The translations under genes were made by a program, and so were the position numbers. The notes beneath the pieces are model-generated. The model did no database searches and was not told where the DNA came from. It saw only the letters and a list, made by a program, of their open reading frames with translations. 64,000 bases of DNA from Candidatus Moraniibacteriota bacterium (GTDB taxonomy: Bacteria; Patescibacteriota; Minisyncoccia; Moranbacterales; GCA-2747515): positions 897,734-961,733 of the forward strand of contig CP175956.1 in assembly GCA_046116545.1 (NCBI GenBank), read 5' to 3'. This document shows positions 20,036 to 30,654 of the stretch, piece after piece. Numbering within the stretch: position 1 is the first letter of the stretch; each line of letters begins with the position of its first letter.

Positions 20036-23000
20036 TTAATTAACAATAAACCAATTAAATAAGAGATTTTCTTCAGATATCACATCCACCACAATCTTGA
20101 AGAATTGTTCAGCTTGGTTTTCTTCTACAAAAAACGTATTCCCAATCATATCACTAATAGGCGTCACAAACACACGACTACTCTCATGAACTCCATCACT
20201 TTCCACAATAACCTCCGTCTCCCCAGCAACTATAGTAGCAGTTCCAATTGAAGAAGCATTGATTTCATTACCTTGTTCATCTTGGGTTGTTATGTTGTCA
20301 TTGATATTTAATGTATTTGTTTGGATATTATTCACTTTTAAATCATCTAATACAGTTAGGCCTTCTAATGTAGTAACTGGTCTTGTAATCTCTGTTGTAG
20401 TTTCTGTTGTAAACAAGAATCTTTCATTTATTGCTAGTACTGTATCTGAGTTTGTTGATACTATACTTGCTAGAGTTATTTGATCTTGTTCTAGTATATC
20501 CATCCTATCTTCTATTTCTTGTATTGTCTCTGTTGCTAATTTATTTGCATCTATTTGTAGGGATAGGTCACTGACCTGTCCTTCGATATGGTTAAACTTA
20601 TCTTCAATATCATTTAGATTTTCATCTACTGACAACTGTAAATCTTGTAATGTTTGGATATTTGTATTTGTTTGTAATATTGTGTTATTTATTTGAGTAT
20701 CAATTTCACTTATTTTTTCTGGAGTTGGTAGATTTGATATATCTATCAGATTTAGATTTGGTATTTCTAATCCTGTTGTTATATCTGTAATATATATTAG
20801 TTGTTGTCCTGTTAGTTTTTCTATCAATCTTACTGTTTTTGTCATATCTACATTTATTGATTTGTTGTCTTTTTCAGAGTAATAGCTCCATGCTAGTTCT
20901 TCACTTTGTCCTCCTGGTATATTTGAGAAATTATGTGGAGATAGAGTTGTTGTATTTCCTGCTTCATCTCTTACTCTTAGTTCATGGGAACCACTTTGAT
21001 CTACTGCAAATAGTTGTATTCCGTCTGTTATTGATGTTGTTGGGGCTATTGAGTTTGAGATTGTTAGGATATTGTCTGCATTTGTTCCGTAGTTGTTACT
21101 TCCTATTCCTACGTTTCCTGATGTGTAGGCTATGTTGTTTCCTGTTTGGGTCCAGAGTGATGATGCGCTTGCTCCTCCATTTATATCCCATGCGTATATT
21201 CTATATTCTCCTGTTGTCCATCTATTATCTCCCACTGTATTGCCATATGTATTTGTATTATCACCAGAAAATACGTAATCATTTGCAGTTGCTAAATCGA
21301 ATGTATTATCATCTTTAAATAATAAATAATGTCCAGACATTTCTGAAGTGCTTACTTGCGTACCAAATTGAGCAGTAGCATCCCAAACACGACCATTTGG
21401 ATCTTTAAATAAAACTGTTGTATTTAATTCTGAAGTTCCTAAATTATGAGTTAGTTGATAATTATTTTCTTTTGTAACAGCAACCCATCCGCTATCATAA
21501 TCAGGAAGATCCGCTCCACTACCCACAGCATCAGCACATTCCCATTCACTATTTATTTCATTATATGAAAGAGTTTGACCATTTGTGCATGTTGGTAATG
21601 AAGTACTTCCTGATGATTCTTCTATTTTCCAGATTTTTAAGTCTGTAAAGACAGCTGGGTCACTATCAGCAACACCACCTAATCCGATAACATTATTTAC
21701 TTGTGTATAATGAATTACTTTTATAGCTGTTGTCTGTGTTAATGTGATTTGTCCAGATGCTCTCACAGGTACCGTTGCTGCGTCAGCAGGATCACTATAT
21801 AATGTAGAGCCCACCAATAATACATTATCATTTTCATCATCAATACGTAAATTTGTTCTTTGTACTCTTAATGCTGGTGCTTCTACATCTATATAATATG
21901 TACCTACTGGCAACGTTACTTCATTTGCTGTAAGTGCTGTCTCTGCAATTTCATTTATCAAAATTGTATTAAGTGTTCTATGGTTATCTCCTGTACTTGC
22001 ACTACCACCATCTGAACCTGTTGTTTTTTGATCTTGTACATGCATGAGACTCCATGACTGACCTCCACTAATTCCTGAACCAGTAGTAGCATTCAAATTC
22101 ATTACCACCATACTACCATCATCACAATTAACCCAATTTGATCCATCGTACGCTTGCCATATTCCACTTACAAATTTTAAAGATGAACCCATCCTTCTTG
22201 AACTCACACTGCTTATAGTACAAGAATCAGCTATGTAGTTAGAAGTACCTATTACAGTTCCACCTATATTTGTAGCAGCCTCTCCACATCCAACTACATC
22301 ATCAGTTCCATCTCCATCAGATTGTTCATTTGTGCAGTGTAAGAAAATGTTATCTCCGCCTCCACTCAAACTGTCAGCACATTCCCATTCACTACTTGTT
22401 TCATTATATGAAAGAGTTTGACCATCTGTACATGTTGGTAATGATGAGGATGAAGAACTTCCTGCGTATTCGTATATGATAACTGCTCCATTTGCTCCAA
22501 CTGCAGCAGAAGATGCACCACCTCCAGCTCCACCTCCACCTGAACCATATGCACTACCAGCACCAGCACTTGTACTATTATAAGAACCGCCTGTACCACC
22601 ACCACCAAAATATGATGCACCACCAGTACCTGCATTACTATTTATATTTCCAAAACCTGTCCCTCCATCACCACCATCCGTATTTATATCTCCATCAAAA
22701 CCAGAACCACCTGCACCACCAGCTTGTGTATTACCTGAACTTCCACCAGTTGCTGATAATAATGAACCAAAAGAAGAGCTTCCACCTCCATTATTTACTG
22801 TACCCCCAGAACCAATTGTTACTGTCTCACTTGATATTTCTGAGACATCAATAATTTCTTCTGCATAACCACCTGCTCCACCACCTCCAGATGTTTGAGC
22901 AGAACTTCCACCACCACCTGCACCAACAACTTGAACACGAATAGTTTCAATTCCTACTGGTTTTGTCCATGTATGTGCTCCTGCTGTATCAAATGTTTGA

Positions 23001-26000
23001 ATTGATGCTATTCCTCCTCCACCTGAACTTCCACTATCTGTACTAAAAGCACCCCACTGCGTTCCATTACAAAACTCCATGACTTTTGTTGAGTCATTGT
23101 ATCTCATTGCACCTTCTTTGTTTACATCACATGCATCTGTATCATTTGTTAGAGTTATTGATCCTGTTAAGTTTATTGGTGCTGAAAACTCTATTTCATT
23201 TGATATTGTATTATATGATATTACTGCTTCATTTCCATCTTCTCCTATATGTAATGATGATGGTCCTAGGTATAGATCTCTAAATCTATTTGTTGAAGAT
23301 CCTAGGTCGTATGTATCATCTGTATCTGGTCCTATATTTCCTGCTACTTGTAATGTGAAGTTATCTGGAGTTGTTGTTCCTATTCCTACATTACCTAAAT
23401 CATAGTAAATGTCAGATCCACTTTGTGTCCAGATATCTGAATATGCCACACTACTACTTCCACCACTAACTTCTACACTTACTTCGACAGTTCCACTAAA
23501 TGATTCTGGTAATACAGCATACTCAGTAACATCATCACCAGTTGATCCTGTAATGAACATTTTTGTACCATCATTATTGAATGCAATACCTTGTGCTGAC
23601 GTGTCCTGTGCAAGTACACCAAACTTAGAACTATACACAGCAGTAGATACATCAAATGCATTGGAAAGATTGTACTCGTTTACTTCATCACCATTACTTC
23701 CCACAATAAACATCTTTGTTCCTTTGATATTAAAAGTAATATCTTGTGGTCCAGTTTCTTGTGCTGCAACAGAGAAATTAGAATCATATACTGTGGTAGA
23801 TATATCAAATCCCGTTGAGAGATGGTATTCATTAACATCATCACCTGTTACTCCTGTGATGAACATTTTTGTACCATCAGTATTAAATGCAATCCCCGTT
23901 GGAGAGTCTTCTTGTACGGTTATATCAAACCTGGAATCATATACTGCAGTGGACACATCAAATGCAGTAGAAAGATTATATTCATTTATTTCATCTGCTG
24001 TATTTCCTATAATAAACATTTTTGTTCCATCAGTGTTAAATGCTATGCCTTGTGGTGCAGCATCTTCTGAAAAATCAAAAATAGAATCGTATACAGCTGT
24101 TGTCACATCAAATGCGGTGGAGAGATGATATTCATTGATATCAGTACCTGTAGCACCCACAATAAACATTTTTGTTCCATCAGTATTAAATGTAATACCT
24201 TGTGGTGAAGTATCTTGCGCTGCAACACTAAAGCTAGCTGAATAATCGACAGGACTAAATTCAAATCCTCTTGGAAGATGGTATTCATTCACATCATCAC
24301 CCGTTGTGCCTGTAACGAACATTTTTGTACCATCATTATTGAATGCAATATTTTGTGGCAAAGACTCTTGTGCACTCACACTAAATCTGAAAACAAAATT
24401 TGCTGTAGAAATATCAAAACCAGTTGAAAGTTCATATTCATTAATATCAAGACCTACAGAACCAGTTATGAACATTTTTGTACCATCACCGTTAAAAGCA
24501 ATACCTGTTGGCGTAGTGTCTTGCGCTGCAACAGAGAAATTAGAATCATACACTGCAGTAGACACATCAAATCCTGTAGAAAGATGGTACTCGTTTATAT
24601 CATCACCTGTATTTCCTACAATGAACATTTTGGTTCCATCGGTGTTGAAATCAATGCCTTGTGGTGCAGTGTCTTGCGCTGCAACAGAGAAATTAGAATC
24701 ATACACTGCAGTAGACACATCAAATCCTGTAGAAAGATGGTACTCGTTCACATCATCACCACTTGTCCCAACAATGAACATCTTTGTACCATCAGTATTA
24801 AAAGTAACATCATTCGGAGCAGTTTCTTGTGCTGCGACAGAGAAATTAGAATCATACACTGCAGTCGATGTATCAAATCCTATTGAAAGATGGTATTCAT
24901 TGACATCATCACCTGTAGTTCCTGTGATAAACATTTTTGTTCCATCGTTATTAAAAGTAATTCCATTTGGCGCTGTTTCTTGTGCTCCAACACTAAAATT
25001 AGAATCAAATGTTGCAGTTTCACCAACAGTAAACCCTTCACTCACAGATTCAATTTTGATATTATCACTTGCGATTACATCGAAATAGTTATAATCATCA
25101 TCAATTAAACCTATCGTATGTTGCAAAACATCATCAGCAAGAACTCTCATAGAGCCAGTTGATAAATTTTCTGTGTCCACGACAACACGATAGAGACTTG
25201 TTTCCGTAAGGTTCTCAAAAGCAGTCCATGTCTCTGCTGTTGTAAATGTATGATTTAATCCTGATGTTCCTGTTGATAGTCCTCCCCAAGCAGTTCCATT
25301 ACAAAACTCCATGACTTTTGTAGTGTCATTGTATCTCATTGCACCTTCTTTTGTTACGTCACAAGCTGATGCGTCATTATTTAGAGTTATACTTCCTCCT
25401 ATTGCTAGATTGTTTCCATCATATGTGAAGTTTGAGTTTTGAGTTATTGCATTTCCTGCACTATTTGCAAATTGTATTTGATTTGCACTTAGGCTTGCTG
25501 GTGTATCTGTTAATCCTGTATATGTTGAAACTCCTCCACTTGATGTTAGAGAGTTCCATGTTGAACCATCGTATCCTTCTAGGTCTGTTCCTGACCATCT
25601 TATCATTCCTGCTACTGCATTTGTACTTGTCCCAAATACTGCTGCTTTATCAAAGTTGAAAGCTTCGTTTGTTGTATCGTAGCTTATTATTCCTTCATTT
25701 CCGTTTGTTCCTATATGTAGAGAGTTTGGTCCTAGGTATAGGTCTCTGAATCTATTTGTACTACTTCCTAGGTCGTATGTGTCATTTGTTGATGGTAATA
25801 AATTTCCTGTATTTGTTATTTGCAATCTTTCTACTCCATTTGTATCGAATCTTATTGTATCATCATCTAACTCACCTTTATCTGTTTGTATCCCTGTATC
25901 AGTATCTGCATCCCAAAGTGAAGCTAAGTAACCTCCCCCTGCATTGCTTGTTGATTTTATACAGTATAGGACATTTATGTTTGTTGGTCTTGTTTCGTTT

Positions 26001-27436
26001 CCTCCTGAATTTGCACTATTGAATGCTGCTATATCTACTGTGTGCGTATGTGCGCCTGCATAGTTTGTGTAACCAGTATTAAGAGTTGTGGTTGTAAGCC
26101 CAATAGCAACCCTCAGAGTTCCAGCTCCACCCGATGGTGTCGCTCCAGAAATTGAATGCCTGTGATTTCCAGTTGAATTTGTACTAGTACTAGGAGGATC
26201 AACAGAATGAAGATGAGCTTCATTTTGTCCATCTTGCATTGAACCAACAACATCCCCAGTAGTCCCATCACCTCTATCAGTACGACTTGCTGCATCAGGA
26301 TCTGTTCCTGCACCGTTGTCCCAACCTCTTAAAAACTGTCCCCTGTAATCAGGGATATCAAATGTTGTTGAACCATCTCCACTTCCATATGTATCTCCTA
26401 GTATTGTATATAGATCTGGATAACCTGCTCTTGATATTTCTTGACCTTCTGCAGATATATAGTTAGTTGGACATGAGTTTGTTGCAAAGGCTACTACTGT
26501 ACCTGCTGGAACTGTTTCACCTGCACCTCCTGATCCTGAACCTGTACTTAGCTCTTGCCAGTCTGATCCATCACAAAGTTCTAAAGTTTGATTTACTGAA
26601 TTATATCTTGTTGTCCCTGCTAAAACTGGAATACATGCACTTGATTCATTTCCTATCTTTATCCCTCCATTTACATCTAGAGTTGTTGCTGGTGTATTCG
26701 TATTTATTCCTAATCTATTATTTGAGTTATCCCAAAAGAAATTTGTATTATCTTCTTCTATTGCTGTAGGAGATGTGAATAGTACACTTCCTGCAGTATA
26801 TGCACTCATTGTATCTACTAATCCTAAAAATGTATTATCTATCCAATCTGTTCCTGTAGTCGTTGAAGATAATATTTGTCCATTAGTCCCTGCATTTATA
26901 TTTGAATCATAAAGTATTCCACTTACTGATAGATCTCCATCTATTGTTAAATTTGCATTCTTTGTTTGATTTGTTGTTGAATTCAAATAGTAATCTTCTG
27001 TTTGTCCATTAAATCTATGTGAGTTTAAAGCAAAACCTGTAGGAGTTATCTTTCTCCTTGGAGTCATTTCTGGATTTGAGTTTATTGTTACTCCTAAGTA
27101 ATAGTTTGAATCAAAAGATATATCTAATAGGTTATCTCCTGTTTCTCCTAGAGTTGTACTAAATATTCCATTTGTTATTGTAATTGTTTTTGAAGTTGGA
27201 GTTCCACATGATCCTCTACTTGTCCATAGACAATTTCCTCCTGTGTCTGCATCGTATATTGTTAATGTAAAATCATAATCTCCATCTGATACTGCTACGT
27301 TATTAGTATCTGTTAGTTTTCCATGATATGTTAGTTCACTGTCTGGTGCAGCTTGTGTAATTGAAAAATTAAGAATTATTGCTAACGCAATTATTCCTAA
27401 TATGTAAGTTAATTTGTTTTTGAAAGTTTTTTTCAT
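20036..27436 (-). CDS. Giant secreted or cell-surface protein (2466 aa) with phage tail-fibre-like modules
   Basis: The N-terminal signal peptide is MKKTFKNKLTYILGIIALAIILNFSITQA. A tail-collar-like segment reads ...YPDLYTILGDTYGSGDGSTTFDIPDYRGQFLRGWDNGAGTDPDAASRT...HTHTV. About 12 tandem 43-44-aa repeats follow (...P.GI.FN.DGTKMFI.G..GDD.NEYHLSTGFDVSTAVYDS.FSVAAQ). There is a Gly-rich domain (TFDTAGAHTWTKPVGIETIRVQVVGAGGGGS...) and a duplicated LPTCT(D/N)GQTLSYNE..SEWECAD module. A C-terminal coiled coil is present, and there is no C-terminal TM helix. Confidence 0.8.
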   Translation of the reverse strand: MKKTFKNKLTYILGIIALAIILNFSITQAAPDSELTYHGKLTDTNNVAVSDGDYDFTLTIYDADTGGNCLWTSRGSCGTPTSKTITITNGIFSTTLGETGDNLLDISFDSNYYLGVTINSNPEMTPRRKITPTGFALNSHRFNGQTEDYYLNSTTNQTKNANLTIDGDLSVSGILYDSNINAGTNGQILSSTTTGTDWIDNTFLGLVDTMSAYTAGSVLFTSPTAIEEDNTNFFWDNSNNRLGINTNTPATTLDVNGGIKIGNESSACIPVLAGTTRYNSVNQTLELCDGSDWQELSTGSGSGGAGETVPAGTVVAFATNSCPTNYISAEGQEISRAGYPDLYTILGDTYGSGDGSTTFDIPDYRGQFLRGWDNGAGTDPDAASRTDRGDGTTGDVVGSMQDGQNEAHLHSVDPPSTSTNSTGNHRHSISGATPSGGAGTLRVAIGLTTTTLNTGYTNYAGAHTHTVDIAAFNSANSGGNETRPTNINVLYCIKSTSNAGGGYLASLWDADTDTGIQTDKGELDDDTIRFDTNGVERLQITNTGNLLPSTNDTYDLGSSTNRFRDLYLGPNSLHIGTNGNEGIISYDTTNEAFNFDKAAVFGTSTNAVAGMIRWSGTDLEGYDGSTWNSLTSSGGVSTYTGLTDTPASLSANQIQFANSAGNAITQNSNFTYDGNNLAIGGSITLNNDASACDVTKEGAMRYNDTTKVMEFCNGTAWGGLSTGTSGLNHTFTTAETWTAFENLTETSLYRVVVDTENLSTGSMRVLADDVLQHTIGLIDDDYNYFDVIASDNIKIESVSEGFTVGETATFDSNFSVGAQETAPNGITFNNDGTKMFITGTTGDDVNEYHLSIGFDTSTAVYDSNFSVAAQETAPNDVTFNTDGTKMFIVGTSGDDVNEYHLSTGFDVSTAVYDSNFSVAAQDTAPQGIDFNTDGTKMFIVGNTGDDINEYHLSTGFDVSTAVYDSNFSVAAQDTTPTGIAFNGDGTKMFITGSVGLDINEYELSTGFDISTANFVFRFSVSAQESLPQNIAFNNDGTKMFVTGTTGDDVNEYHLPRGFEFSPVDYSASFSVAAQDTSPQGITFNTDGTKMFIVGATGTDINEYHLSTAFDVTTAVYDSIFDFSEDAAPQGIAFNTDGTKMFIIGNTADEINEYNLSTAFDVSTAVYDSRFDITVQEDSPTGIAFNTDGTKMFITGVTGDDVNEYHLSTGFDISTTVYDSNFSVAAQETGPQDITFNIKGTKMFIVGSNGDEVNEYNLSNAFDVSTAVYSSKFGVLAQDTSAQGIAFNNDGTKMFITGSTGDDVTEYAVLPESFSGTVEVSVEVSGGSSSVAYSDIWTQSGSDIYYDLGNVGIGTTTPDNFTLQVAGNIGPDTDDTYDLGSSTNRFRDLYLGPSSLHIGEDGNEAVISYNTISNEIEFSAPINLTGSITLTNDTDACDVNKEGAMRYNDSTKVMEFCNGTQWGAFSTDSGSSGGGGIASIQTFDTAGAHTWTKPVGIETIRVQVVGAGGGGSSAQTSGGGGAGGYAEEIIDVSEISSETVTIGSGGTVNNGGGSSSFGSLLSATGGSSGNTQAGGAGGSGFDGDINTDGGDGGTGFGNINSNAGTGGASYFGGGGTGGSYNSTSAGAGSAYGSGGGGAGGGASSAAVGANGAVIIYEYAGSSSSSSLPTCTDGQTLSYNETSSEWECADSLSGGGDNIFLHCTNEQSDGDGTDDVVGCGEAATNIGGTVIGTSNYIADSCTISSVSSRRMGSSLKFVSGIWQAYDGSNWVNCDDGSMVVMNLNATTGSGISGGQSWSLMHVQDQKTTGSDGGSASTGDNHRTLNTILINEIAETALTANEVTLPVGTYYIDVEAPALRVQRTNLRIDDENDNVLLVGSTLYSDPADAATVPVRASGQITLTQTTAIKVIHYTQVNNVIGLGGVADSDPAVFTDLKIWKIEESSGSTSLPTCTNGQTLSYNEINSEWECADAVGSGADLPDYDSGWVAVTKENNYQLTHNLGTSELNTTVLFKDPNGRVWDATAQFGTQVSTSEMSGHYLLFKDDNTFDLATANDYVFSGDNTNTYGNTVGDNRWTTGEYRIYAWDINGGASASSLWTQTGNNIAYTSGNVGIGSNNYGTNADNILTISNSIAPTTSITDGIQLFAVDQSGSHELRVRDEAGNTTTLSPHNFSNIPGGQSEELAWSYYSEKDNKSINVDMTKTVRLIEKLTGQQLIYITDITTGLEIPNLNLIDISNLPTPEKISEIDTQINNTILQTNTNIQTLQDLQLSVDENLNDIEDKFNHIEGQVSDLSLQIDANKLATETIQEIEDRMDILEQDQITLASIVSTNSDTVLAINERFLFTTETTTEITRPVTTLEGLTVLDDLKVNNIQTNTLNINDNITTQDEQGNEINASSIGTATIVAGETEVIVESDGVHESSRVFVTPISDMIGNTFFVEENQAEQFFKIVVDVISEENLLFNWFIVN

Positions 27437-27644
27437 TTTTTGTGTTTATTGTATCCCCTGTTCTCTCGTATTTACTAAGTTTTTAGTGTTTTTTATTATT
27501 TTCTTTTGTTTGTTTATATGGAGTTAGTATATCATGTTTGGTTTAGTTTGTCTTGTTTTGTTTGTGGATAAGTTTTTTATATTACTTAATGCTATTATCT
27601 ATTATATTTTGAATCCCATTTTTAGTGCTTTAAAAGACACGCAA

Positions 27645-27681
27645 AGAAAAAAGATTAACTACATAGTAGTTAATCTTTTTA
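27645..27681 (-). terminator. Intrinsic terminator after rseP
   Basis: AAGATTAACTAC-ata-GTAGTTAATCTT, a 12-bp perfect stem flanked by A and T runs. Confidence 0.8.
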
Positions 27682-27702
27682 AACATCACATTTTAATTTA
27701 AG

Positions 27703-28902
27703 TTAAAATAATTTCAAAATATCTCTAGCAGTTATCACTAGCATAAGTCCAATCAATGCTACAAAAAATACTGTGTGAAACATATTTTCTATTTTTTGAT
27801 TTATTGGAGACCCTTTTAGCCACTCTATGATAAGAAACATTATACGTCCTCCATCCAAAGCTGGTATTGGAAGTATATTGATAATTCCTAGATTCACACT
27901 CAAAATTGCTGCAAATTGAAGTAAATACACAAATCCCAAATCTCTCATTTGTTGTGTCATCATAGCTATCCCTACAGGACCTGCTACTTCAGCATTAACG
28001 CCACCTCCAGTAACAAGTGTAGATATAAGTGTCCAAAATGCAATCAAAATTGCTTTTGTAAGACCTATAACACGCATAAGTCCCTCCCACATTGCTTCCA
28101 GTGGAGAATACCTAACGATTACAGTTTCTGTCATTGAAATACCAAGAGCTCCTTGTCCCTGTTCCACATCCTGCCTAGGCACACCAACTACCACGATTTC
28201 ACTTTTTCCCCGTGTTACGTGAACTGCAATTTCTTCTCCTTTATGTGTTAAAATCGTATCTTTCAATTGATCTGCAGAAACTATTTCCACACAATCACCA
28301 CCATTACACACACTATCAACACTATCACCAACCTTAAGACCTATTTCATCTGCAGGAGACCCACTTTCCACCTCAACAATCTGAACTCCTATATTTCTAA
28401 CAATATTATCTGTATTTCGCACCATGTCAACCGGCTCTGGAGCACCTATCATAAGCACAATACTCACTAAAACCCAGGCCAAAATAAAGTTCATTGTTAC
28501 ACCAGCAATCAATACTTTAAATTTTACCCACTTTGATTTCACTGAAAAACTATCTGAATCAGTGGACATTTTAACAAACGCTTTATCTGCATCTGATAAT
28601 TCATCCATATTAACATCCTCTTCATTAATAGGACTCTCACCTTTAATACGCACAAATCCACCTAAAGGAATTAGATTTATAGAATATAATGTATTGTTAC
28701 CATAATATTCTTTACTCCCCCACACTTTTTTCCATTTTCCAGTTTTTGCATCCTTCACAACACCAAAAATTCTTGGTGGAAACCCAAAGCCAAATTCATG
28801 AGAAGTTATACCGTTTCTTTTAGCTGTTAAAAAATGTCCCAACTCATGAACAAAGATCAAAATTCCAAGAATTAATCCAAATATCAATACTGTTACAAAC
28901 AT
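27703..28902 (-). CDS. rseP: Site-2 protease RseP (M50 zinc metalloprotease with a PDZ domain)
   Basis: HELGHF zinc motif in TM1, a PDZ-like middle region and LDGG in the C-terminal TM. Confidence 0.85.
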   Translation of the reverse strand: MFVTVLIFGLILGILIFVHELGHFLTAKRNGITSHEFGFGFPPRIFGVVKDAKTGKWKKVWGSKEYYGNNTLYSINLIPLGGFVRIKGESPINEEDVNMDELSDADKAFVKMSTDSDSFSVKSKWVKFKVLIAGVTMNFILAWVLVSIVLMIGAPEPVDMVRNTDNIVRNIGVQIVEVESGSPADEIGLKVGDSVDSVCNGGDCVEIVSADQLKDTILTHKGEEIAVHVTRGKSEIVVVGVPRQDVEQGQGALGISMTETVIVRYSPLEAMWEGLMRVIGLTKAILIAFWTLISTLVTGGGVNAEVAGPVGIAMMTQQMRDLGFVYLLQFAAILSVNLGIINILPIPALDGGRIMFLIIEWLKGSPINQKIENMFHTVFFVALIGLMLVITARDILKLF

Positions 28903-28926
28903 ACTTTTTTATCTAATTTATTTTTA

Positions 28927-29484
28927 TTAAACTGTCATTATATCTTCTTCCTTCTTCTTTCTTAAAGATTCTATTTTATCATTATACTCATCTACGACTT
29001 TTTGTAATTCATCCTTACCAGCAAATTTATCATCTTCAGATATATCACCCTCTTTTTCAGCTTTTTGAATTTCATTCCATACATCTTCTCTAGCATTCCG
29101 AACGCCAACTCTTCCTTCTTCAGCTTTTTGACCTAAAATCTTTACTAATTCCACCCTATTTTCTTCTGTCATAGGTGAAAATGTCAATCTAACAGCTATT
29201 CCATCATTTGAAATAGTTGCTCCCAAGTCAGCATCTACTATTGATTTTTCCATTGCCTCTAAACTTGATTTATCCCAAGGTTGTATCAATAATTGCCTAG
29301 CCTCTGGTACAGAAATATTAGCAATCTGTTTAAGCGGAGTTTCGACTCCATAACAATCAACATTAATTCCTTCTACTATCGCAGGATTTGCCCTTCCAGT
29401 TCTCAATTTCATTGCTTCTTTTTCCAAATGCTCTACTGCATTGTCCATATCATCCTTATGTAATTCTATTATATCTTTATACAT
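28927..29484 (-). CDS. frr: Ribosome recycling factor
   Basis: 185 aa with the typical RRF sequence (...LRTGRANPAIVEGI...VRNARED...). Confidence 0.95.
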   Translation of the reverse strand: MYKDIIELHKDDMDNAVEHLEKEAMKLRTGRANPAIVEGINVDCYGVETPLKQIANISVPEARQLLIQPWDKSSLEAMEKSIVDADLGATISNDGIAVRLTFSPMTEENRVELVKILGQKAEEGRVGVRNAREDVWNEIQKAEKEGDISEDDKFAGKDELQKVVDEYNDKIESLRKKKEEDIMTV

Positions 29485-29485
29485 A

Positions 29486-30535
29486 CTAATTTGATTTTTT
29501 AAGACCTAAATAAATTATATCACTATTGATTGGGTCATGTTCAATAACATCTACGATTCTATTACTTGCAGTATCTGTAATTGCCCAACCATCACCTATA
29601 CTAGTATATACTGCTTTTGCAGCTGCGTATACTAGTTGACTTGAATCGTGTGGATTTACATCCATTGCATGAATTGGTATCCCAACAGTACTTGCTATAA
29701 CATCAACTGGATTCCAAGACTTTCCATAATCCTTTGACCTAGATACTCCACTATCAGTTCCTACAGCAATATCTCCTGACACATATGGACTTACTGTCAT
29801 AGAATACAAACTGCCTTCGAACAATTTTTCCGTCTCGCTGTCTCTATCAATATCATTCCTAATACTTTCAAATGTTGCTCCATCATCTCTAGATTTCACT
29901 ATATCACTAATGCCAATTAATGCATATAACGTATTATCATCAACTGAATCAATAGCTAAATCAACAACAGTATCAGTAGCTAAATATAAATTTTCCCATG
30001 TATTACCAGCATTAACTGTTTTTGCTATTGTGCCTCCACTTGTCCCTAAATATATTACAGCTCCATTTTCCGCTGACATTGTCATGGCAGTTATATTTGT
30101 TCCATCTGCTGGTTCTACATAAATACGATCCCATGTCTCTCCACCATCAATTGTTTTTATTATACTGCCACGACCCTGATACATGCCACTAATATAAAAA
30201 GTATTCGTGTTAAACGGATTTATAACTATATTATCAATATTCAACAATCCACTTTGCAATAAACTCCAAGAATTTGCCCCATCTCTACTGATATATAAAT
30301 CTTTCTTTTCAGTCCCTGCATATACAACATTATTATCTGTTGGATCTATAGCTATAGAACTCACATTTGAACGTGCAAGCGAACTTTCCTCATTTATGAA
30401 ATTGCTTGGTTCAAATGTTTTACCACCATCAATGCTCTTGAAAACTCCTCCAGTAGAATTACCTGACTCACCACCTATACATCCGGATAATACAGAAAGC
30501 GCTGCAAATAAAATTGTTATTGATAAATATTTCAT
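29486..30535 (-). CDS. Lipoprotein with BNR/Asp-box repeats (Ycf48/sialidase-like beta-propeller)
   Basis: Lipobox LSGC after a signal helix. Repeated S/D-x-D-G-x-T/S-W boxes: SRDGANSW, IDGGETW, NAGNTW, DDGATF, DYGKSW. The start is taken at the Met preceding the signal peptide. Confidence 0.55.
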   Translation of the reverse strand: MKYLSITILFAALSVLSGCIGGESGNSTGGVFKSIDGGKTFEPSNFINEESSLARSNVSSIAIDPTDNNVVYAGTEKKDLYISRDGANSWSLLQSGLLNIDNIVINPFNTNTFYISGMYQGRGSIIKTIDGGETWDRIYVEPADGTNITAMTMSAENGAVIYLGTSGGTIAKTVNAGNTWENLYLATDTVVDLAIDSVDDNTLYALIGISDIVKSRDDGATFESIRNDIDRDSETEKLFEGSLYSMTVSPYVSGDIAVGTDSGVSRSKDYGKSWNPVDVIASTVGIPIHAMDVNPHDSSQLVYAAAKAVYTSIGDGWAITDTASNRIVDVIEHDPINSDIIYLGLKKSN

Positions 30536-30654
30536 ATATAATAAATATACACTAAAAAGTATAAAAAACCAATCCACAAAACTACTATTGCATTATTTTT
30601 TATTTTTGTTATAATAGATTTCGTGATGTTAAATTTACATCCCAAATATTCTAC

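Noticed and set aside
20259-26769. Numerous plus-strand ORFs (up to 260 aa, rich in H, L, Y or S, V, P) inside the giant gene
   Set aside because: They are antisense to the repeat and low-complexity regions of the 2466-aa minus-strand ORF, have no RBS or promoter, and their composition mirrors the sense codons. They are antisense artefacts, not genes.
20036-27436. Diversity-generating retroelement targeting the giant surface protein
   Set aside because: No reverse transcriptase (no YxDD-containing ORF) and no template or variable repeat pair with A-specific mismatches were found anywhere in the window.
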